64,000 nt of DNA, from positions 1 to 64,000 of the IMG/VR virus record IMGVR_UViG_3300044716_000973; one strand, given 5' to 3'. Under the pieces are notes generated by a model, which made no database searches, was not told the DNA's origin, and saw only the letters and a program-made list of their open reading frames with translations. The DNA comes from a virus. How positions within the stretch are numbered: position 1 is the first letter of the stretch; the number at the start of each line of letters is the position of its first letter. Positions 9,138-18,251 of the stretch are shown piece after piece. A program made the position numbers and the translations under genes.

Positions 9138-9699
9138 TATCATATTCGATCATCTAGGCCTGATTAATATTGGGTTTGCCAGTATCGATCATGACGAATT
9201 TAAAAAGGCCGCTGAACTTATTCGGTTAACGAGTATTTCAAATTATCGTAATAACATCTATACGATTGGTAATGGTGCTTCTGCTGCAATTGCTCAGCAT
9301 TGGGCATGTGATTATACCAAGGGATGCAAGAAGGGTGGCATGAGACCACGAGTGATCTCGTTAGCTGCTAACATTCCTCTAATGACTGCCATCTCCAATG
9401 ATATTAGTTATGATGATGTATATTCATTCCAACTCGAAGCACTTGGTCAAGAAGGCGATGTGCTTGTGGCCATCTCATCGAGTGGTAACTCTCCTAATGT
9501 TGTCAAGGCAATCGAGACTGCAAAGAAGCTAAAAGTAAAAACTATTGCTTTGACAGGATTTTCACGCGACAATAAGTGTGCTCAGCTTGCAGACATTTCT
9601 CTCCATGTTGACATTCAAGAGTACGAAGCCGCTGAAGATGTGCACCAAGCGATCATGCATATGATTGCAAAATATTTGCGCACAGAAATTAGTGGTTGA
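9106..9699 (+). CDS. gmhA: Phosphoheptose isomerase (SIS domain)
   Basis: GNGASAAIAQH, TAISND, GDVLVAISSSGNSPNV, IALTG, EDVH. Confidence 0.88.
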   Translation: MKEQELSIETDIIFDHLGLINIGFASIDHDEFKKAAELIRLTSISNYRNNIYTIGNGASAAIAQHWACDYTKGCKKGGMRPRVISLAANIPLMTAISNDISYDDVYSFQLEALGQEGDVLVAISSSGNSPNVVKAIETAKKLKVKTIALTGFSRDNKCAQLADISLHVDIQEYEAAEDVHQAIMHMIAKYLRTEISG

Positions 9700-9724
9700 C
9701 ATTTTTTTGAAATTGATGTAGATT
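9696..9724 (+). promoter_or_regulatory. Sigma70-type early promoter
   Basis: TTGACA-N17-TAGATT. Confidence 0.65.
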
Positions 9725-9749
9725 TAATCTATAATCAAAGAGGAAAACT

Positions 9750-10844
9750 ATGGCTATCAGTATTAAGACCAAAGCTAAACCAAAGCAAAAGTCACGTGCA
9801 ACGATCAAATCGATCGATGATAAGCACTATGGACCAGAACCAATTGTTGTTGGTAGCTTTACAGACGCTCTGAATTGGTACAACTACATGGGCAACGATG
9901 ATGATGCTCGTGAATGGTTCTTTGACTACATGAAAAAGAACTATACCAAGAGTGATATTGCTTTCATTCGAAAGCTTCCTAAGTGGAAGATCTCTAAGAC
10001 TCTTGGTAGTGTTGCTCGTATTCTTTCGAATGGTAATGAACTACCAGAAAAGAATGTGGAATACTTTAAGAACAACGTACGTGATCTAATTCAAGCTGGC
10101 AAGCAGGTAGTAGACGAAGTCGAAGAAGCACCTAAGCCAGTTGTTGATATTCAAGCACGTGTTCGTGATAAGGCCAATATCATTATCACGAATCTTGAAG
10201 AAGAAATTGATCTTGTCATGGATGGTAAAGACTTCTCCATGTACAACTTCTGTCAGGCCAAGGAACTTAATCCTCAAATCCTGAACATTGTTTCTGACTA
10301 CTATCGTCCACAGTGGGATGAGATTCGTTCAAACGACGAACAGGTCAAGGAAGCATTTGGCAAGCGTCAAAAGTTTTGGTTAAATTTTTGGAATAATTTC
10401 TTCGCTGACATCGAAAGATACCTAAATAATAAAAAGGTAGTAAAGGTTCGTAAGCCAAGAGAGAAGAAGGTCAAGTCGGCCGTTGATCTGGTCAAAAGCC
10501 TGAAGTACCAGAAGGAAGAACCTTCACTGAAGATTGTGTCGGTACATCCGGCAGAAATTATTGGATGTCAACAGCTATGGGTGTACAACACCAAATATCG
10601 CAAACTGACTCAGTACCTAGCGGTGGGACCTGCGGGTATTCAAGTCAAGGGAACGACTCTTACTGGATGGGATGTCGAATCCAGTACGTCGAAGACTCTA
10701 CGAAAGCCAGAAGAATCCCTGACGGGTCTCTTGTCGGTAGGCAAGGTTGGACTGAGGTCGTTTATGTCAAATATAAAGACAGCGGAAAGCAAGCCTAATG
10801 GTCGACTCAATCAAGAATGTATTCTGCTAAGGGTAGTTAAGTGA
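9750..10844 (+). CDS. Hypothetical T4-like phage protein
   Basis: 364-aa ORF with a GAGGA Shine-Dalgarno; no function recognised. Confidence 0.8.
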   Translation: MAISIKTKAKPKQKSRATIKSIDDKHYGPEPIVVGSFTDALNWYNYMGNDDDAREWFFDYMKKNYTKSDIAFIRKLPKWKISKTLGSVARILSNGNELPEKNVEYFKNNVRDLIQAGKQVVDEVEEAPKPVVDIQARVRDKANIIITNLEEEIDLVMDGKDFSMYNFCQAKELNPQILNIVSDYYRPQWDEIRSNDEQVKEAFGKRQKFWLNFWNNFFADIERYLNNKKVVKVRKPREKKVKSAVDLVKSLKYQKEEPSLKIVSVHPAEIIGCQQLWVYNTKYRKLTQYLAVGPAGIQVKGTTLTGWDVESSTSKTLRKPEESLTGLLSVGKVGLRSFMSNIKTAESKPNGRLNQECILLRVVK

Positions 10845-11194
10845 CAGATAACATCGTTCTCTTTCCTGGATTCAAACGTGAATCTCCTCCGCAATCAGTA
10901 GAAGAAATTGCAGATCAGGTTACGCAGAATCGTAAAGACCATGTTGATGGTGTACTGAATGACGTCATTCCAGATCTCATTCATATGTTCGGGTCTTATG
11001 GACTTGACATCAACTCGGACGATTACATCAAAGATGTTGCTATGGTAATGGAATCCATCAAGGCGATGATTAGCAGACAATATCGCCTTGAACATCCTTT
11101 TCATTCTATGGTTGACAATATTTTTGATTTTAGTTATAATGAAGATAATACGGTTGCATACACATACAAATTTCCCAACAAGGATGAAGAGTAA
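10841..11194 (+). CDS. Hypothetical protein
   Basis: GTG start overlapping the upstream stop; acidic 117 aa. Confidence 0.75.
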   Translation: MTDNIVLFPGFKRESPPQSVEEIADQVTQNRKDHVDGVLNDVIPDLIHMFGSYGLDINSDDYIKDVAMVMESIKAMISRQYRLEHPFHSMVDNIFDFSYNEDNTVAYTYKFPNKDEE

Positions 11195-11200
11195 TATATT

Positions 11201-12052
11201 ATGATTATTGTTGATTTGTCTCAGGTGATGATTTCCAATCTGATGGTTCAGCTTGGTAACCATACAAACACCGAGCTTGAAGAAGATCTTCTTCGCCATA
11301 TGATTCTCAATTCAATTCGTTCATATAACCAAAAGTTTAAGAACGAATACGGTGAGATGATTATTGCATGCGATGCTGGTAACAACTGGCGTCGTCAAAT
11401 CTTTCCTTACTACAAAGCCAATCGCCGTAAGAACCGTGAGAAGTCTGAGCTCAACTGGACTCAGATCTTTGACACACTCGGCAAGGTTCGTGAGGAACTC
11501 AAGGAATACTTCCCTTATCGCGTTATTCAAATTGATGGTGCCGAGGCCGATGATGTCATTGGTACTCTAGTCGATAAGTTCGGCAACACTTCTGAAAAGA
11601 TTCTGATCATGTCCGGTGATAAGGACTTTGTTCAGCTGCAACGTTACATGAATGTCAAGCAATACGATCCTGTTCAGAAGAAGTGGCGTACCACTAACGA
11701 TCCTGATCGCTTCATGAAGGAGCATATCATTCGTGGCGACGTTGGTGATGGTGTTCCTAACTTCCTTTCGGCTGACAACACGTTTGTAGTTGGCGCTCGT
11801 CAAAAGCCAATTAGCCAAAAGAAACTGGATGAATGGCTTAACCAAGATCCTCGCGACTTCTGCGATGAGAACATGCTTCGTGGTTACCTTCGTAATCAGC
11901 AGCTTGTTGATTTAAACTTCATTCCAGAAAATCTACGTGACCAAGTGCTTGTTGAGTATGAAGCTCAGGCAGGCAAGGGTCGTAGCAAGCTATTCAATTA
12001 CTTCATTGAAAAGCGTCTCAAAAACCTCCTCGAAAGTATCAATGAGTTTTAA
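11201..12052 (+). CDS. rnh: T4 RNase H (5'-3' exonuclease)
   Basis: IIVDLSQ, WRRQIFPYYKANR, EADDVIG, SGDKDFVQL, GDVGDGVPN. Confidence 0.96.
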   Translation: MIIVDLSQVMISNLMVQLGNHTNTELEEDLLRHMILNSIRSYNQKFKNEYGEMIIACDAGNNWRRQIFPYYKANRRKNREKSELNWTQIFDTLGKVREELKEYFPYRVIQIDGAEADDVIGTLVDKFGNTSEKILIMSGDKDFVQLQRYMNVKQYDPVQKKWRTTNDPDRFMKEHIIRGDVGDGVPNFLSADNTFVVGARQKPISQKKLDEWLNQDPRDFCDENMLRGYLRNQQLVDLNFIPENLRDQVLVEYEAQAGKGRSKLFNYFIEKRLKNLLESINEF

Positions 12053-12053
12053 T

Positions 12054-12479
12054 ATGCCAAGACAAACAATTGCACAAATTATAGAAACAGCATCAAAGAT
12101 CGAAGTTATAGAAGATCGTGCTCAGTATCTTCGCGACAACGATTCATCAACTCTTCGTTATATTCTTGAACTGGCTCTTGTGCCAGGTGTCGAGTGGGAA
12201 ATTCCTGAAGGAGCTCCTCCATTTAAACCATGTGAATACCTAGATGTAGAAGGTCGACTTCACCAAGAAGCTCGTACTCTCTACATGTACCTCAAAGGAA
12301 ACCAACCAGGTCTTACACAATTGAAACGTGAAATGCTTTTCATTGGTCTCCTTGAGTCCATTGATAAGCGTGATGCCAATCTATTGATTGCCGTCAAAGA
12401 CAAGAAACTACCTCGTACTATCTCCACCAAAGTTGTCAACCTCGCATTTCCAGGGTTAATCAATGAGCAAGTCAATTAA
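12054..12479 (+). CDS. Hypothetical T4-like protein downstream of rnh
   Basis: IPEGAPPF, KREMLFIGLLE, AFPGLI pattern; ATG at 12054. Confidence 0.75.
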   Translation: MPRQTIAQIIETASKIEVIEDRAQYLRDNDSSTLRYILELALVPGVEWEIPEGAPPFKPCEYLDVEGRLHQEARTLYMYLKGNQPGLTQLKREMLFIGLLESIDKRDANLLIAVKDKKLPRTISTKVVNLAFPGLINEQVN

Positions 12480-12633
12480 GCGGAATAATAAGTACTATAG
12501 CCATGATGATGATCTTTATGAAGACCACCACTACGAAACTCATGGCCAAAAGCTTTTAGAGAAACGAATTCGTTCAGCTCTTCGTTCTCGAACCAAAAGC
12601 GGTTTGTTTGATTTAATTGAAGAAGATTATTAA
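12463..12633 (+). CDS. Small hypothetical protein (56 aa)
   Basis: MSKSIKRNNKYYSHDDD...; fills the gap, TAATG overlap with the next gene. Confidence 0.65.
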   Translation: MSKSIKRNNKYYSHDDDLYEDHHYETHGQKLLEKRIRSALRSRTKSGLFDLIEEDY

Positions 12634-12932
12634 TGCCAATCTATGAGTTTAGGGACAAAGAAACCGGGGAAACCTGGGAAGAGTTCCTTTCTATGTCTGC
12701 ACGAGAAGAATACCTTGCAGAAAATCCACACGCAGAACTAGTCATTGGTGCTCCTGCTTTCATTTCTGGAATTGCAGGTGTTACTCATAAAAACGACGAT
12801 GGCTTTAAAGATCTGTTAAATAGGATTGGAACAGCAAATCCGGCTTCTCCTCTCGGACAGCAACATGGAGACAAGAGCATTAAAGCCACTAAGATTCGCG
12901 ACGCCGTTAATAAAGCTAAAAACAAAAAATAA
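12633..12932 (+). CDS. FmdB-like small protein (Cys-less variant)
   Basis: MPIYEFRDKETGETWEEFLSM...ENPH...DDGFKDLL; such genes usually precede phoH in T4-like phages. Confidence 0.7.
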   Translation: MPIYEFRDKETGETWEEFLSMSAREEYLAENPHAELVIGAPAFISGIAGVTHKNDDGFKDLLNRIGTANPASPLGQQHGDKSIKATKIRDAVNKAKNKK

Positions 12933-12941
12933 GGATGATTC

Positions 12942-13697
12942 GTGACTGAAGCAAGACTTACCAAAAGACAAAAGAGAATTCTACGTCAAAACGGAGAACA
13001 AGATCTGCTGAACAACAAACCGAGTTTCAACTCTCCAAACTTTAATCTAAAACGAGTTCATCCACTTACAGACAACCAAAAGAAAACGTTTGATGCATTC
13101 CATAGTGGTAAACATCTAATGCTTCATGGCATGGCTGGTACTGGTAAGACTTTTCTTTCAATGTATCTGGCAATTAAAGATTTGATTGGTGGAACAAGCG
13201 AACAAGAAAAGATCTACGTAATCCGTTCTGTTGTTCCGACTCGTGATATGGGATTCCTACCAGGATCTCAGAAAGAAAAGATGAAGGTCTATGAAGCTCC
13301 GTACTATGCAATCTGCAGCGAGCTCTTTGAACGTGGAGATGCTTACGACATTCTAAAACAAAAGAATGCCATTGAGTTTATGAGTACCTCATTTGTTCGT
13401 GGTACTACATTGAACAACTGTTATGTGATCGTTGATGAGATCAATAACATGACGTTCCATGAACTTGATTCTGTTATCACACGTATCGGTAAGAACTGCC
13501 GAGTGATTTTTTGTGGAGACTTCCGTCAGTCTGACTTATCTCGTGAACAAGAGCGTAATGGCTTAAAAGAGTTCATAAAAGTGATTGACAGATTATCCGA
13601 TTTTGATTATATTGATTTCTTAGAGGCCGATATTGTGCGCTCTAAACTTGTGAAGGAATACATAATTGCACGCCAAAAGCTTGGACTACAACCGTAA
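12942..13697 (+). CDS. phoH: PhoH-family ATPase
   Basis: GMAGTGKT Walker A, MGFLPG, RGTTL, VDEINN, GDFRQSD, DIVRS. Confidence 0.96.
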   Translation: MTEARLTKRQKRILRQNGEQDLLNNKPSFNSPNFNLKRVHPLTDNQKKTFDAFHSGKHLMLHGMAGTGKTFLSMYLAIKDLIGGTSEQEKIYVIRSVVPTRDMGFLPGSQKEKMKVYEAPYYAICSELFERGDAYDILKQKNAIEFMSTSFVRGTTLNNCYVIVDEINNMTFHELDSVITRIGKNCRVIFCGDFRQSDLSREQERNGLKEFIKVIDRLSDFDYIDFLEADIVRSKLVKEYIIARQKLGLQP

Positions 13698-14364
13698 ACA
13701 TTTCGAATTTGATCTGCTCGAGTTTGCAAATCTAAATCGTATTGATGGTGAAACTGCTCGTTTGTACGAGACTCCTACCGGTCAAAGGTATCCATCGGTC
13801 ACTACCGTTCTCGGTAAGATGTCTGATAAGACTGCGCTCAACGAATGGCGCAAGAGAGTCGGTGATGAGGAAGCCAATAGGGTTTCTGCGCGAGCCGCAT
13901 CTCGTGGGACGTCTATCCATAACATGTGTGAGAAGTACATTCTTGATCAAGAATTTGATACTTCGTTGCCACATAACATGGTAATTTTCCGCCAGATTAA
14001 AGGAATCCTTGACGAAAAGGTTGATATGATTCGTGCCACTGAATGCACGCTCTTCAGCCATCATCTCAAGATTGCTGGTACCTGTGACTTGATTGCAGAC
14101 TACGATGGTAGGCTTTCCATTATCGATTATAAGACATCCACTAAGCGTAAGCGTAAGGACTGGATTGAAGGTTACTTCTTACAGTGTAGCCTCTATGCCT
14201 ACATGCTCTGGGAAATGACTGGAATTGCAATCAAAGACATCGTGATTATAATCGGTGTTGATGATGAAATCGATGCTCAAGTCTTTGTTGAACGGCCTTC
14301 CAATTATATCGAAAAGGCTGCTGATCTTGTTCGTAGCTATCACCAATTATATGGAAACAAATGA
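13666..14364 (+). CDS. PD-(D/E)xK exonuclease (Cas4-like phage exonuclease)
   Basis: YPSVTTVL, RGTSIH, AGTCDL, IIDYKTS, YFLQ. Confidence 0.9.
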   Translation: MHAKSLDYNRKHFEFDLLEFANLNRIDGETARLYETPTGQRYPSVTTVLGKMSDKTALNEWRKRVGDEEANRVSARAASRGTSIHNMCEKYILDQEFDTSLPHNMVIFRQIKGILDEKVDMIRATECTLFSHHLKIAGTCDLIADYDGRLSIIDYKTSTKRKRKDWIEGYFLQCSLYAYMLWEMTGIAIKDIVIIIGVDDEIDAQVFVERPSNYIEKAADLVRSYHQLYGNK

Positions 14365-14927
14365 TGAATCAATTATGGCAATATTGGAGAGCTGCAGTTT
14401 CTGAACAGCAAATCTCGCATATCATGGAAACCGGAAATCTTCAACCAACAACGGTCGCCGGAATAGGCTTTGACGGATCTACTAAGAATCTTGAATATCG
14501 ATCAAGCGAAATTAGATGGATTCCAACTTCAACCAGTCCAGACATTACCAACATGCTATGGTACTATGCACAGGTTGCAAATCGTAATGCGTTTGGATTT
14601 GATATCACCTATCTAAATGATATTCAATACACCACATATAATGCTACAGAAAATGGCAAGTACGATTGGCATCACGATGCGTTTTGGGCTAACCCTACGA
14701 CATTTGATCGTAAGATTTCTATAGTAATTCAACTCACAGATCCTAGTGAATATGAAGGTGGTGACTTTGAAATTGATCCGCAATATCCACAGCTGCCAAA
14801 AGAAGAGATTAGAGAAAAAGGATCTGTTCTAGTATTCCCATCTTTTATCCCTCATCGAGTTACTCCTGTAACAAAAGGTGTTCGCCGTTCCTTGGTATCC
14901 TGGATTGAAGGACCAAAGTTTAGATAA
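14361..14927 (+). CDS. 2OG-Fe(II) oxygenase (prolyl-4-hydroxylase-like)
   Basis: WHHD (HxD), RKIS, FPSFIPHRVTPVTKGVRRSLVSW. Confidence 0.92.
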   Translation: MMNQLWQYWRAAVSEQQISHIMETGNLQPTTVAGIGFDGSTKNLEYRSSEIRWIPTSTSPDITNMLWYYAQVANRNAFGFDITYLNDIQYTTYNATENGKYDWHHDAFWANPTTFDRKISIVIQLTDPSEYEGGDFEIDPQYPQLPKEEIREKGSVLVFPSFIPHRVTPVTKGVRRSLVSWIEGPKFR

Positions 14928-14949
14928 ACCATTCATAGTATTGAAAAAT

Positions 14950-14985
14950 AAAAATGCACTCTGGGTTTCTGGAGTGCATTTTTTT
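14950..14985. terminator. Bidirectional intrinsic terminator
   Basis: AAAAATGCACTCTGG-GTTT-CTGGAGTGCATTTTTTT: stem flanked by A and T tracts. Confidence 0.85.
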
Positions 14986-14986
14986 A

Positions 14987-15031
14987 TGTACATTATTATG
15001 AAAATATACTATACTAATAATATAAGGAATG
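14987..15031 (+). promoter_or_regulatory. Early promoter cassette, copy 1
   Basis: TGTACA-N17-TATACT; bases 15001-15031 are identical to 15730-15760. Confidence 0.75.
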
Positions 15032-15043
15032 AAGGAAAAAATT

Positions 15044-15334
15044 ATGACTGCTCCTAAGACTGTTCTCATCGGTGATCGGGTTCGTTATGAATCGGCTGCA
15101 GGTACCATTCGTGGTGAAGTTGTCAAGATCATGAAGGACTGGAATGCAGCTGGTAATTTGATCGACTGGATTTACATTGAGTACTACAACGAAAAGTCGC
15201 CTTCGAAGTATTCCATCGTTCGTCTTGCCGATACGGCTCTGGCAATGATGAAGTTTAAAGTTATTTTTCGCGACTGCATTAACTATGATGCTCTCGCTAC
15301 TCGCTATGCACATGAACGTATGATGGAGGTTTGA
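15044..15334 (+). CDS. Early hypothetical protein
   Basis: AAGGA Shine-Dalgarno, ATG at 15044. Confidence 0.75.
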   Translation: MTAPKTVLIGDRVRYESAAGTIRGEVVKIMKDWNAAGNLIDWIYIEYYNEKSPSKYSIVRLADTALAMMKFKVIFRDCINYDALATRYAHERMMEV

Positions 15335-15543
15335 TTATGACTCGTTTGTATGAATATATTCTTGCTCAGGATGATCCGTATGATTTTATCTATGAAGCTC
15401 TCGGTGGAACTCATGGTACTGAAACCATGAAGACTTGCACTGAAATGTATAGTGATATCTCTGCAGATCATATGCTGCACCCTGATGATGACTTTGAAAA
15501 GATCATCGAGATCATGGTTAACCACATGGAAGAAGATGTATGA
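15331..15543 (+). CDS. Acidic early hypothetical protein
   Basis: GGAGG Shine-Dalgarno; coupled ORF. Confidence 0.7.
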   Translation: MIMTRLYEYILAQDDPYDFIYEALGGTHGTETMKTCTEMYSDISADHMLHPDDDFEKIIEIMVNHMEEDV

Positions 15544-15719
15544 GCAATTCTGCTACCATTGAATACTTTGGAATGCCAACCGTTGAACAGGCCATTGCAA
15601 ATTACTTTGCAAAGCATGGAGTCACTGAGGATGTTCGTGACTATTTGATGGTCCTTGAAGTCGAAAAGCCTGATGATTTTTTTCAGTTAGTATGTGATTT
15701 TATTGAAAAAAAAGGTTGA
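15540..15719 (+). CDS. Early hypothetical protein (59 aa, MSNSATIEYFG...)
   Basis: Read by hand; ATGA overlap with the upstream stop. Confidence 0.7.
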   Translation: MSNSATIEYFGMPTVEQAIANYFAKHGVTEDVRDYLMVLEVEKPDDFFQLVCDFIEKKG

Positions 15720-15760
15720 CATTTTTATCAAAATATACTATACTAATAATATAAGGAATG
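15716..15760 (+). promoter_or_regulatory. Early promoter cassette, copy 2
   Basis: TTGACA-N17-TATACT plus the shared 31-bp block. Confidence 0.8.
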
Positions 15761-15769
15761 GAGATTGTT

Positions 15770-15916
15770 ATGCATTATGTTCTTATGATTGCCGGTTTGA
15801 TTACAATGTGTGTACCTGAAGAAGCGGGTTTTCTTCGCATGGCATTGCAGGCTGGTCTCGGTCTCAGCATGTTCGGCTTCGGTACGCTGATTGCTCTTAA
15901 TGAAAATAATGCATAA
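15770..15916 (+). CDS. Small two-helix membrane protein (48 aa)
   Basis: GGAG Shine-Dalgarno; MHYVLMIAGLITMCV...LQAGLGLSMFGFGTLIAL. Confidence 0.7.
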   Translation: MHYVLMIAGLITMCVPEEAGFLRMALQAGLGLSMFGFGTLIALNENNA

Positions 15917-15921
15917 TGTTG

Positions 15922-15950
15922 TTGACATTATTTTGAAAATAGACTATATT
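15922..15950 (+). promoter_or_regulatory. Sigma70-type early promoter
   Basis: TTGACA-N17-TATATT. Confidence 0.75.
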
Positions 15951-15977
15951 TAATTATCAATTGGAAAGGTTTTTGTT

Positions 15978-16925
15978 ATGGCACATATGATTGAATTTAT
16001 GGATGGCAAGGCTTCGATGGCTTATGCTGGTGAAACTCCTTGGCACGGTCTTGGTACTGAAGTTCCTGCCGATATTACTCCTGCTGATATGCTCAAGGCT
16101 GCCGGTCTTGATTGGCGAGTGACTCCGGTTCCTGCCTTTGCTGAAATTGCTGGTAAGCAGGTTTCAGTTGGCCACTCTGCTCTGGTTCGTGATGTTGACA
16201 ATAAGATCTTGGACGTTATCACTGACGACTGGATTCCGAATCAGAACGAATCTGCTTTCGAATTCTTCAATGATTTCGTTGCAGCCGGTGAAATGGAAAT
16301 GCATACTGCTGGTTCGCTTCGTGACGGCCAGCTGGTCTGGGCTCTTGCCAAGGTCAAGGAAAGCTTCGAGCTTTTCAAGGGTGATACAGTAGAGTCCTAC
16401 CTCCTCTTCACCAATCCTCACAAATATGGCTGGTCAATCGATGTCCGGTTTACTCCAATTCGCGTTGTTTGCAACAACACTCTGACTCTCTCGCTCAATA
16501 CTCAGTCGAGCAAGATTGTAAAGGTTAGCCATCGTCGCGAGTTTGACGGTGATCTGGTCAAGGAAACTCTTGGTGTTGCCAAGGAAAAGCTTGCCAAGTA
16601 CAAAGAAATGGCTGCTTATCTCGGCTCCAAGCGTTTCACCGACGAGTCGATTGTAGATTACTTCACTCGTGTCTTCCCGGTCTCCGGTTCCAAGAAGGAA
16701 ATCAGCAAGAATGCTGGTATCGCTCTGGAAATCATGGACCAGCAACCTGGTGCAGAATTTGCTGAAGGTAGCTGGTGGCAGGCATTCAACGCTGTCACTT
16801 TCATGACCGATCACATGATTGGTCGTAATTCTGACAATCGTTTGACTTCGGCTTGGTATGGTGCTAATAAGAACCTTAAGACCAAGGCCTTGGAAACCGC
16901 TGTTGAATTTGCAGACGCAGCATGA
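15978..16925 (+). CDS. DUF932 family phage/plasmid protein
   Basis: PWHGLG, AGLDWRV, TAGSL, TPIRVVCNNTL, WQAFNAVT. Confidence 0.92.
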   Translation: MAHMIEFMDGKASMAYAGETPWHGLGTEVPADITPADMLKAAGLDWRVTPVPAFAEIAGKQVSVGHSALVRDVDNKILDVITDDWIPNQNESAFEFFNDFVAAGEMEMHTAGSLRDGQLVWALAKVKESFELFKGDTVESYLLFTNPHKYGWSIDVRFTPIRVVCNNTLTLSLNTQSSKIVKVSHRREFDGDLVKETLGVAKEKLAKYKEMAAYLGSKRFTDESIVDYFTRVFPVSGSKKEISKNAGIALEIMDQQPGAEFAEGSWWQAFNAVTFMTDHMIGRNSDNRLTSAWYGANKNLKTKALETAVEFADAA

Positions 16926-17155
16926 TTGTAACTTACCTGCCATGGCTAATGTCATGCCTTACTATTTGGATGACGTTGCTGGCAGGTAACAATCACCCAC
17001 GTGCATGGGCAGTTGGACTCGGCAATCAAGTCCTTTGGATTACATGGATTATTGCCAGCGAAACGTGGGGATTGATTCCGATGAGCATTGCGCTTGGAAT
17101 CGTTTATGCCCGCAATCACTTTAAATGGAATACTGTGGAGGAAAAGAATGATTGA
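16922..17155 (+). CDS. Small PnuC-like membrane protein
   Basis: Three hydrophobic segments; AWAVGLGNQVLWITW. Confidence 0.6.
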   Translation: MIVTYLPWLMSCLTIWMTLLAGNNHPRAWAVGLGNQVLWITWIIASETWGLIPMSIALGIVYARNHFKWNTVEEKND

Positions 17156-17483
17156 AGTGAAGAGTAGGTCCCCAGAATCTTGGGGACCTCTTGCCAAGGT
17201 TGGTGATAGAGAGTTCAATCGTATTATTAACAACCGCAAAGGCAATACGAAGGATCTAATCAAGAAGGCCAAGAAGCTCAAGACCTATAAGGTTCGGTTC
17301 AAGAAAGTTTGGGAATCAGATTACTTTGAGATCCTGGCAGAGAATGACTATTCAGTTGGCAGTGTTGCTCGAGCTTATTTCAAAGCAAATGAAAGCAAGA
17401 TCGGGTTCAAGGAACCACCCCGCAGTAAGTGGGCGGATGGTTATGCTGGTTATGATACATTGAGTTATGTAAAGGTGAAATGA
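17148..17483 (+). CDS. Hypothetical protein
   Basis: GGAGG Shine-Dalgarno, ATG at 17148. Confidence 0.7.
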   Translation: MIEVKSRSPESWGPLAKVGDREFNRIINNRKGNTKDLIKKAKKLKTYKVRFKKVWESDYFEILAENDYSVGSVARAYFKANESKIGFKEPPRSKWADGYAGYDTLSYVKVK

Positions 17484-17484
17484 T

Positions 17485-17727
17485 ATGTTTTGGTTGTGGT
17501 TAATTGTTGCTATTTTGCTCATTGCAGTTGGCTCGTATGTTCTCGGTAGGATTGATGTAGATTACGATGATGCGGTTGGTCTATTTTGGGCTATCTTTTT
17601 CGGATCTCTGTTCTGGCCGGCTGTACTACTAGCGGTAATGATTGTTGGTCCGTTCTACGGGTTCTACTGGCTTGGTAATCGTAAACGTGAGAAGCTCATG
17701 GAGAAAGAATCTACTACGAATAAATAA
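17485..17727 (+). CDS. Membrane protein
   Basis: Two hydrophobic segments; SLFWP motif. Confidence 0.75.
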   Translation: MFWLWLIVAILLIAVGSYVLGRIDVDYDDAVGLFWAIFFGSLFWPAVLLAVMIVGPFYGFYWLGNRKREKLMEKESTTNK

Positions 17728-17731
17728 GTTT

Positions 17732-17914
17732 ATGGTAGAAGAAAATGGTACTTACTTTGTAGGAATGTCTTTAGAAACCGAGGATGATGAAATCATCTTT
17801 CCGGTAAGATTTCATACAAAGAATTACAAAGAAGCTCTCATACTTACTCGCTGTATCACATCAGGTGACCCTCGAAAGCGAGTTATGTTTGCTGATATTG
17901 ATGAGGAGTTCTAA
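17732..17914 (+). CDS. Acidic hypothetical protein, possibly a leaderless late gene
   Basis: AATAAATA at 17719-17726, ATG 5 nt later, no Shine-Dalgarno. Confidence 0.6.
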   Translation: MVEENGTYFVGMSLETEDDEIIFPVRFHTKNYKEALILTRCITSGDPRKRVMFADIDEEF

Positions 17915-17915
17915 T

Positions 17916-18242
17916 ATGAAAAAGCTTATTGCATCTGTTCTTGCTGCTAGCATGCTAATTACCACTCCGGCTTTTGCCGAACACCGCAAACGAGACAGAG
18001 ACTATAGCCAACAGGAACGCCGTAAAGGTGGTTGTGGCTGGCTTTGTGGAGCAATCATTGGCGGTGTTGTTGTAGGTGCTCTTTCCTCTGATCGTAGAGA
18101 ACGCAGAGAACGAGAACAAGAATACGATAACCGTTACTACCCACCAGATTATCGTTATGATAGACGCTACTGCGTTCGCGAACAGATTACCGAATGGTAT
18201 CGTGGTGAACGTTATGTCTATTGGGAAACCCGTTGTAACTAA
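17916..18242 (+). CDS. Exported protein with signal peptide, glycine-zipper-like segment and R/D/Y-rich regions
   Basis: MKKLIASVLAASMLITTPAFA signal peptide; GAIIGGVVVGAL; GAGGAG Shine-Dalgarno. Confidence 0.8.
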   Translation: MKKLIASVLAASMLITTPAFAEHRKRDRDYSQQERRKGGCGWLCGAIIGGVVVGALSSDRRERREREQEYDNRYYPPDYRYDRRYCVREQITEWYRGERYVYWETRCN

Positions 18243-18251
18243 GGAAAATAT

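Noticed and set aside
13666-14364. Cas4 / CRISPR system
   Set aside because: A common stand-alone phage exonuclease; no repeat-spacer array or other cas gene was seen in the window.
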